DNA from: Actinomycetota bacterium | GTDB lineage: Bacteria > Actinomycetota > Acidimicrobiia > Acidimicrobiales > Acidimicrobiaceae | Length of the DNA stretch: 64,000 nucleotides | Direction of reading: 5' to 3' | NCBI GenBank assembly: GCA_027320695.1 | Contig: DAHVKW010000001.1 | Location: forward strand, 10,993-74,992 | Part shown: in pieces, positions 57,390-64,000 of the stretch | Layout of the letters: every line of letters begins with the position of its first letter | Position numbering within the stretch: position 1 is the first letter of the stretch | Made by a program: the position numbers and the translations under genes | The notes under the pieces: model-generated | Database searches by the model: none | Told to the model about the DNA's origin: nothing | The model's input: the letters and a program-made list of their open reading frames with translations, nothing else

Positions 57390-58505
57390 CTAACTTCCAT
57401 TTACGTAAGTAGAGATTGCCGATGAGTTTTTGACGGCTGTGACTACCTCGCTCTGGATGGTTGCTCCCGGAACAAAGTTCAGAGGAACACCTTCTTTCTC
57501 AGCTTGGGCTATCGTTGACGATTCAGCTACCACCTTGGCCAGAGCGTCACGAAGAACCGCCAGCCTCGCAGCTGGGATTCCGGGAGGCCCGGCAAGATCA
57601 TAAGTCAGCGCGCCCAGAGCCAAGGCTTCCTTCACTGCGCCCGACTGAGTTGCGCTAAGGTTTGCCGAACTCAATGCAGAGCTCAATGTTACGGAACCCT
57701 TCACTGCGGACTGTAGGTTTGCAAGCGTAGGTTGGAACGTTACAAGAAGCGCTTTGGCTTGACCGCCATCGAGCATGGAACGCATAGGTGGAAGGTTTTC
57801 AAACAAATATTGGCCATCTCCCGCCAGGAAACCTTGCTTCAGGGTCGACGTTGATGTGAATCCGGTTACAAAGGTGTGCGGGATGTTGAACGCCCCAAGA
57901 ACCACCCTATTGAACATGTCACCAGTACCATTGCGGACATCTACCACCTTGATGGGTGTCTTGATGGTAAGCAGCTGGCTGAAGCTCGTCACACCGGATT
58001 TGGGTGAAGTCAGGAAGACGCTGGGCGAGGTACCTGGCTGTCCAACATAGCTAAGCTTGGATAGGTCAAAATTTTGGCCAGGCTTCTTTTCAACGAGACT
58101 CGCCAGATCACCGCCAGTGTTTACCATTCCGAGCGTCAATCCGTCAGCAGATGCAGCCGCCATTTGGTTGGTACCAACAACTGTTCCGCCACCGTTGACG
58201 TTCTCGACGTTTACGGTTGCCCCGAGCGCCGCAGACAGACCAGGTGCGATAAGTCTTGCATACTGGTCGTAGCCACCTCCTGGATTGTCAGGAGCAATTA
58301 GGGTGATCGTCTTACCCTTGAAAAACGCAGCCGCGGCGGCGCTGGCCGAGGTTGTGGCCGTTGTTCCGCCGGTTGTTCCGGTGGAGGAGGAACTAGATCC
58401 ACAAGCAGCCAAAACCATGCCGGCGGTAGCTGCCGTAATGCCAATAAGTGCTGATTTATTCCTAGTTAATTTATTGTTTCTAACAACTGACCTTCTAAAT
58501 TTCAC
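57390..58505 (-). CDS. tctC: tripartite tricarboxylate transporter substrate-binding lipoprotein (TctC/Bug family)
   Basis: Lipobox LAACGSSS followed by a Ser/Thr/Gly-rich linker. PDNPGGGYDQYARL is the Bug-family motif. Confidence 0.85.
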   Translation of the reverse strand: MKFRRSVVRNNKLTRNKSALIGITAATAGMVLAACGSSSSSTGTTGGTTATTSASAAAAAFFKGKTITLIAPDNPGGGYDQYARLIAPGLSAALGATVNVENVNGGGTVVGTNQMAAASADGLTLGMVNTGGDLASLVEKKPGQNFDLSKLSYVGQPGTSPSVFLTSPKSGVTSFSQLLTIKTPIKVVDVRNGTGDMFNRVVLGAFNIPHTFVTGFTSTSTLKQGFLAGDGQYLFENLPPMRSMLDGGQAKALLVTFQPTLANLQSAVKGSVTLSSALSSANLSATQSGAVKEALALGALTYDLAGPPGIPAARLAVLRDALAKVVAESSTIAQAEKEGVPLNFVPGATIQSEVVTAVKNSSAISTYVNGS

Positions 58506-59815
58506 TGCTTCACTCCTTTGTTTTATTACAGTTACATATTTGGTGGCTAGAGCCGAGATTTATTTCGCCGGTCACGCCCTGTTAGCGCGAACTGGCAATC
58601 TCACGTTTCCCGATGATTACCCCCATTCGTCTCAGATTCTCTTTCACAAAATTTACGTATAGTTTTTCGACTCGATCACAGAATTGATTGTTTAGCACAT
58701 CGCCTGGATGCTGATGGGCTCTCCAAAGGAACAACTATGACCCGATCTATGTGCTCACAAAAAAGCCCCCAGTAGATCCCGTCAGCTTCCGCACCGGATA
58801 CTCCGGTCCACGAACATCAGTCGGCTACCCATTGAATACTCCAAACTTCGCTAACCCCCTTAGTCAAAGCGTCCCCATTGTATCAGACAGTGATATCCAA
58901 GAAATGTCAATAGGTAAAAAAGACCTATGGTAATACCCTTTTTATCCGACCGGGTACCACACTAGCCTAGATATCCTGGCACCTGCCCTCTTTTAGATCT
59001 CGAGGATTTCAAATGCCGCGAAGACATGGGACGAGTTGATTACGACTGCGAGTTAGATTTCGATTCGTCAGGTTTGAGGCAGGCGAACGGCCGCCGCCAC
59101 CTTACGCTGCGCGCACTAGCCTCGATGCCTCACTGAACTCCGCAGGCTCTCCGTTCGGGCATGACCTTCTGAGCATCGTGTTTTGTAGGTTTGAGTAAAG
59201 ACCCGCTGAGCCAATTCTGGTAGAAGCGAGGTCTTGGCGTGTCATAGGGATCAGTAGTTTGGCTCTTTTAGCCAGCACCTAAGGATGCAATTTGCCTTCT
59301 TATCGAAATGGCGGCGAAGCTTCTGTCCGCATATCGCTATCTGAGGTCAAATCAAATTGAAGGAAGGCTCTTGTTGTGGGCAGGGAGCTTGCTGGGCCTG
59401 CTCCAAAGCTTGGGTTCTCTTCAAAGCAGTCTTGCCATGGCGTTTACCGGGCGAACTGCGACTCCGACCAGCCGGGTTGTGAACGTATTTGGCACGTGAA
59501 CCGCTCGACGGATCTCTTTCGGAGAATTTGATCATCGGTCCTAGCAGCCTATGACACTTTCTAATCGGTCGACCCATAGGACCCAAGACTCTGAGGCATC
59601 GCTGCAATTGTTAGAAGACCTTTAGCTGCTGCAGGAATTCAATCATCGGACATGACATCGCTGCTAAGAAGCTTTGGAGATGGTACAGTCGCTTTTAGTG
59701 CCCCTTTGTTAATGGGTTCGGCCTGTCTCGATATGCCCGCTCAGAAGGCACTATTTCTTTGCTCGGAGACTCTAGGGAAGATTAGCTTCAATCATTTGAA
59801 CATAAGGAGTTGGAT

Positions 59816-60904
59816 ATGCTCGTGCTCAGCAATGACGACGTTAAATCGGTTCTCGATATGGAGGGAACTATGTCGGCCCTGAGGATTGGGTACGATGATC
59901 TACACCGCGGTGAAGCGACCTATGGACCCCGGATCGATTATTACCTGCCTACTGGGCGTGACACGGACTACTACCAGTGGGGCAATATGGTGGGGGCGTC
60001 TTCAACCTTCGGAGTCGTTGCCGTGCGGATGAAATCAGATATAGCATCGTGGCCAGAGGGAAAAACTCAGGAAAAATTCTGTGTCAGGCCAGGCCTATTT
60101 TGCGGCCTGGTGATGCTCTTTAGCGCTTCTGATGGCGCGCCGCTAGCAATGATCCAGGATGGATATCTTCAGCACATGCGCGTTGGCGGCTCAATGGGAA
60201 TTGGGGTCGACCTGCTCGCCAGACAAGACGCGACATCGGTTGGCATACTCGGATCCGGCGGAATGGCCCGATCATTCTTGGAAGCCTTCGTTCTGGCAAG
60301 ACCTATTGACAGCGTAAAGGTCTTCAGCCCAACCCGAGGAAATAGAGAAGCCTACGCGAAGGAGATGTCCGGGAAACTCGGAATCCAAGTCGAACCAGTT
60401 GGCAGTGCAGAAGAGGCTGTCAGTAGCGCCTTGATCGTAGCTAGTGCTACAGACTCGATGGTTCCGACATTTGACCCCAAGTGGTTGAGACCTGGTGCCC
60501 ATGTGGTTTGCGTAACACGAAGGGAACTCGGCGAGGCATTGATTTCCCGGGCAGACATAATTGTGCAGCTCGGAATAAATACTGTTCCATTTGGGACACC
60601 GGTGCCAATGATCGAATGGAAGGCGGGAGGGATTTCCTCATTCGTAGCGGGAAGCCCGCGCGACAGAGCACGGATACCAGATGCTCGTGCTGCATCCACG
60701 GGGGAATATCCCTTAATGCTTGACGTTGAGCGAGGAACGGCGCCTGGTCGAAGCACAGCTGAGCAAATAACTCTATTCGTCGGAACCGGCACGCAAGGAT
60801 TACAGTTCGCTGCGGTAGGAGGGCGCGTTTATCAGGAGGCTGTAAAAAAGGGTCTTGGCCATACGCTGCCCCTTGATTGGTTTCTTCAGGATATTCGGGA
60901 CTAG
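59816..60904 (+). CDS. ornithine cyclodeaminase / mu-crystallin family protein
   Basis: ORF from 59810; the ATG at 59816 lies 6 nt after AAGGAG. MLVLSNDDVKSVLDM is the typical N-terminus. The Rossmann motif is VGILGSGGMA. Confidence 0.8.
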   Translation: MLVLSNDDVKSVLDMEGTMSALRIGYDDLHRGEATYGPRIDYYLPTGRDTDYYQWGNMVGASSTFGVVAVRMKSDIASWPEGKTQEKFCVRPGLFCGLVMLFSASDGAPLAMIQDGYLQHMRVGGSMGIGVDLLARQDATSVGILGSGGMARSFLEAFVLARPIDSVKVFSPTRGNREAYAKEMSGKLGIQVEPVGSAEEAVSSALIVASATDSMVPTFDPKWLRPGAHVVCVTRRELGEALISRADIIVQLGINTVPFGTPVPMIEWKAGGISSFVAGSPRDRARIPDARAASTGEYPLMLDVERGTAPGRSTAEQITLFVGTGTQGLQFAAVGGRVYQEAVKKGLGHTLPLDWFLQDIRD

Positions 60905-61263
60905 AAGGCAATTTTTGCCGGGCCCAACGTCGAGAATGCTCTAATTTGACAGTGCTGCGAAGCAGCTCAGCAAATTGATTAGACCGTGGTCCTAGTACTG
61001 CTTCATGGTCCAGGTTGCGGTCACGCTGCCATTCGCGACGAGAATTTGATCATCGAATACAACATCGATGCCCCTGAAGCTGGCATATGCCACCGTCACT
61101 TTTAGCTCCCCGTTGTAAGTAAGTTTCGCCTGTCTGACTGACGACCGTTCCGCTCGCTCCGAGGAAAGCATTTCCTTGTTGGGAGACTTTCAGGAACCAT
61201 AGCTTCGTTGTTTTGAGGTCGGAACTCTAATGTGCAATTTTCAGTGGCGTGGCCGAGTACCTG

Positions 61264-61854
61264 TCATATGGAATCGGCTTTCAGAGCTTCAGCGCACAGA
61301 CCACGAAAACGTTGGAACAAGTTGCCGTCTGTGCCGAGCAGCTCCTCTAGCCAACGATACGTTTCGACGATGTCGACCGTATTTGCCAACAGCATCTTTT
61401 CGATATCGACCCAGTCCTGGGGTCGGTTGAAAAGGACTTTGAATACCGTCAGGTGTGCTGCCGAAATTATCGGTATTTTGTAATCTTTGACCCTAAAAGC
61501 ATGGTCGCTGGTAGCTTTTGCGACCGCCTCGTGAAAGGCGTGCTCAGGAAAAAATAGATTTATCGATATGCCTTCCCTTGGCACGCCACACCATAGGCGG
61601 ATTTGCCCTTGTTTTGCGCATAGCGCAATGTCCGTAGCGCTCCATCGGATGCTCCGTGGAAGAGCGTTGAAGACTTCTCCAATGCGACTTTTGGAGACGC
61701 TGATGCTGATATCGATGTCATCTGCGGCTCACGGCTCAGCCGTATAATAAGCGAGCGCTAAAGCTCCACCGAATCCGTGAGATATTTTTGCTTTCGTCAA
61801 GTCGTCGTTGATCTCAACAATTAGTTCTACCAGCGACGTAAATTCACTCGGCAT
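61264..61854 (-). pseudogene. nucleotidyltransferase-fold gene (toxin-antitoxin type) interrupted by an in-frame TGA
   Basis: The ATG at 61854 overlaps the upstream HTH gene by 11 nt (ATGCCGAGTGA). The frame reads ...HGFGGALALAYYTAEP-TGA-AADDIDISISV... with the stop at complement(61729..61731), then continues into ORF 61264..61584. Confidence 0.55.
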
Positions 61855-62194
61855 TGATCAACTCATGGAAAGTCCCAGGCAGATCTCTTGGGCTTCGACG
61901 AATAGTCCCCACCAATATCGCATCGCTAAGGTCTAGCAACTGGGCCAGGGTAATCCCATTATGGTCATTAGCTTCCACAACACCAGTGAGCGAGAGACTG
62001 ACCCCCAAGGCATTGCAGAGTTTTGCAAACTGTCCGACGGTTGGATCATGCTTGCCATGCAGGTAGTTGCTAATTCGCCCTTCAGAAACGCCTGTCTTTT
62101 GCGCAAGCTGCCTAGCAGTCATGTTAGAACGCTGTAATGCTAGCCTGAGCAAATAGCTTGCTGTGGTCGGTTTCCGTTCCTCTGAAGCCCGCAT
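61844..62194 (-). CDS. XRE-family helix-turn-helix protein (putative antitoxin/regulator)
   Basis: TARQLAQKTGVSEGRISNYLHGKHDPTVGQFAKLCNALG is an XRE HTH. Confidence 0.8.
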   Translation of the reverse strand: MRASEERKPTTASYLLRLALQRSNMTARQLAQKTGVSEGRISNYLHGKHDPTVGQFAKLCNALGVSLSLTGVVEANDHNGITLAQLLDLSDAILVGTIRRSPRDLPGTFHELINAE

Positions 62195-62600
62195 GCTTAG
62201 ATGTTATCACATATGATAATTATTTGTCATTGCAGGCCGTCTTCGGTCGATGAGCCAGGTCTATTTCAAATTGCTTTTTTGTGCCGCTTGACCGTGCTGA
62301 TCAAACCGTAGCCGCATATTGCGCTGAGATCATTCAACAGAGGGATAGCAGAAGGAATTACCAATCGCTATCCGCAGGATCAGGCGGTCCGAGATCTAGG
62401 GTCCACTTCAATCGCTCTGCCATAACTCTTTATTCAGTAACCTAAAGAATCTCCAAAGTTCGATTTCCTACTCCCTTGTACTGGGTACAGTACTCCGCTT
62501 TCAAACGAAATCAGGGCCAGTTGTCGCAAAAGGAACTAATTAATGAGCTGCCAAGTGTGCGACGGCACCTTTACCCAGGCACGAAGTAAGCTAGCTGAAG

Positions 62601-63440
62601 ATGCGAGTGGTACAAATTAACTCGGACAGCCTGGGTGCGACGCAGGTTCAGCAATCACGGATCGTTACCCGTGGCAATACTGCACAGACAAAGACGGCTG
62701 ACAGCAGCCGGCACTCGAGTGAGCGGCGCTGGAGATGGATTCTTCGGCGGGCAATGCTCCCAGCTTTAGCCCTGATCATTGCTTTTGCCATAGCAGGTGC
62801 CGGATATGAGCTTTCTCTGCCGAGCGTCGCCAATGCTCCGACCCGAGTAGCACAGATCCTGAGTGCTCACCACGGAAAGACTGCTGGGCTGCCACTTCCG
62901 CCCAAGTTGGCCGAGGCGATCGTCAGCGTTGAAGATGAGCACTTTTACTCCAATGTGTTCATCAACGTCGCCGATGGTGCCGGTCGCGCTGCCATTGCCG
63001 CGCTCAAACGAAGAGGTGACCCCGGAGGCAGCACCATCGAGCAGCAGCTTGCAAAACAACTTTATCCTCACGGTCCAGGGCTGGCAGGCATGCTCTCGGA
63101 GATAGGCCTTGGCGTGAAGCTTGCACTTTCGTATTCCAAACCAGCCATTCTGGCCATGTACCTGAATGCGATCTACTATGGCAACGGTTACTGGGGTGAC
63201 GTTGCAGCTGCGCAAGGATACTTTGGCGTGATGCCGAACCAGCTCACCTGGGCGGAGGCATCCATGCTTGCAGGTCTCCCACAGTCTCCGTCAGCATACG
63301 ACCCGCTTCAACACTTAACACTTGCCAAGCAGCGGCAACTTCATGTTCTCAATCAACTAGTCGTTAACCACGTGATGACCACCAGCCAGGCCCAAGCCAC
63401 TTACCAAGCTCCGCTACCGCTTCGCCACGCGTCCCTTTGA
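62601..63440 (+). CDS. monofunctional peptidoglycan glycosyltransferase (GT51)
   Basis: An N-terminal TM anchor, then the SVEDEHFY, GGSTIEQQLAKQLY and RKxxE-like GT51 motifs. Confidence 0.8.
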   Translation: MRVVQINSDSLGATQVQQSRIVTRGNTAQTKTADSSRHSSERRWRWILRRAMLPALALIIAFAIAGAGYELSLPSVANAPTRVAQILSAHHGKTAGLPLPPKLAEAIVSVEDEHFYSNVFINVADGAGRAAIAALKRRGDPGGSTIEQQLAKQLYPHGPGLAGMLSEIGLGVKLALSYSKPAILAMYLNAIYYGNGYWGDVAAAQGYFGVMPNQLTWAEASMLAGLPQSPSAYDPLQHLTLAKQRQLHVLNQLVVNHVMTTSQAQATYQAPLPLRHASL

Positions 63441-63584
63441 GATCTGGACCAAAATCCGAAGGATGAAGATTTAAAAATACCAGCAGAGAACGTTTCTCAA
63501 ATGCGGCATCAACTACCCGGTAAAGCGGCTATCTTGTAGTTCCTCTTCACAGGCCATTTCTGGAACCCGTGACCTGCTATTTCG

Positions 63585-63662
63585 TGGTCGGGCTGAGAGG
63601 ATTTGAACCTCCGACCTCTTGACCCCCAGTCAAGCGCGCTAACCAAACTGCGCCACAGCCCG
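63585..63662 (-). tRNA. tRNA-Pro (anticodon GGG), CCA encoded
   Basis: I folded it by hand. Acceptor stem CGGGCTG/CAGCCCG, D stem GCGC/GCGC, anticodon stem CTTGA/TCAAG with loop CTGGGGG, T stem GGAGG/CCTCT with loop TTCAAAT, then discriminator A and CCA. Confidence 0.9.
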
Positions 63663-63744
63663 AATTGCCTTTTCGATGTTAACCACATTTTGCGGTACAC
63701 CGTGCTAATTGAATCGAATTATCGCATATTGCAAACAAAGCATT

Positions 63745-63948
63745 CTAATGTCCGATGGATTTCAGAATCCAAAGTATCAACTGTATGAACCGATACAGTA
63801 AGTAGATTACGGTTGCGACAATCAAAAGTTTGAAATGCCATGGCGCCTTTTTTGGAGGAGCAATGATGGCGCCGCAGGTAGGGCACTCCCCTTTTCGGCC
63901 AACCGAGTCGGATTCTTGAAACCGAGCACAATTCTCACAGAACGGCAT
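63745..63948 (-). CDS. small zinc-ribbon membrane protein (hypothetical)
   Basis: CENC...CPTC zinc ribbon followed by one TM helix (LLIVATVIYLLYRFIQLILWIL). The start is ambiguous (TTG at 63960 or ATG at 63948). Confidence 0.4.
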   Translation of the reverse strand: MPFCENCARFQESDSVGRKGECPTCGAIIAPPKKAPWHFKLLIVATVIYLLYRFIQLILWILKSIGH

Positions 63949-64000
63949 CGAAGTCACCAAATGAATCCCTAAAGTAACAAAATCGGTTTAACAACATTTA

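Noticed and set aside
58285-58662. 125-aa plus-strand ORF
   Set aside because: It is antisense to the signal-peptide and linker region of tctC, translating an Ala/Val-rich mirror of a low-complexity region.
59347-59607. 86-aa very basic ORF as a transposase or integrase remnant
   Set aside because: I could see no DDE, tyrosine-recombinase or HTH motif in any frame. It stays as part of the unexplained 1.3-kb gap.
60992-61171. 59-aa minus-strand ORF (MLSSERAERSSVRQAKLTYNGELKVTVAYASFRGIDVVFDDQILVANGSVTATWTMKQY)
   Set aside because: The sequence looks protein-like and could be a fragment of a beta-rich domain. But AAGGAA abuts the ATG with no spacing, a stop lies just upstream, and I recognise no family. 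It is too weak to call.
1-64000. CRISPR arrays, rRNA genes, IS elements, integrases, prophage genes
   Set aside because: I noticed no regularly spaced repeats, no rRNA-like conserved stretches, and no transposase or integrase-like ORFs on either strand.

Overview
Everything here is read by eye and from memory, with no searches run. The window looks like a chromosomal segment of a moderate-GC Actinomycetota-like genome. The clues are the conserved block pgsA / gcvH / FHA (GarA-like) / MerR / DUF151 nuclease / MerR / gcvT / gcvPA, a PcaL fusion, and GGAGG-type ribosome-binding sites.

Layout:
- 1-12.6 kb: housekeeping genes (glycine cleavage, MerR regulators, CDP-alcohol phosphatidyltransferase, MBL hydrolase, nicotinamidase, CcdA, lutABC, a lipoprotein, a YeaQ-like protein).
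- 12.7-16.3 kb: Liv-type ABC importer with a triple-fused LivH-LivM-LivG polypeptide and no binding-protein gene.
- 17.3-24.4 kb: complete protocatechuate branch of the beta-ketoadipate pathway (pcaF, pcaIJ, pcaHG, pcaB, pcaL).
- 24.4-26 kb: two tandem class II aldolase paralogues sharing a 209-bp near-identical tract.
- 26-33.5 kb: MFS transporter, orphan HyuB, a GntR / methyltransferase / bicupin module, and a membrane protein.
- 33.6-38.8 kb: sulfate assimilation operon (sirC, cysC, cysH, sat, sulfite reductase).
- 39.2-58.5 kb: a catabolic island. It holds a three-subunit Mo-hydroxylase, a gentisate-dioxygenase-like bicupin, a TPP enzyme, an M29/NicX-like enzyme, a TctC and a fused TctA-TctB permease, a GntR regulator, and two unrelated AAA+ machines.
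- 59.8-64 kb: ornithine cyclodeaminase-family gene, a decayed HTH/nucleotidyltransferase pair, a GT51 transglycosylase, tRNA-Pro(GGG), and a small zinc-ribbon protein.

The most unusual content is in the catabolic island:
- A CbbQ/CbbO-type AAA+/VWA pair is translationally coupled to the M29/NicX-like enzyme and the TTT permease, with no Rubisco or NO reductase nearby.
- An orphan TRIP13/Pch2-like AAA+ ATPase is embedded between the dioxygenase and the TPP enzyme.
- A promoter, leader and terminator element sits between the two halves of the gene row.

I saw no rRNA, CRISPR array, IS element or integrase.
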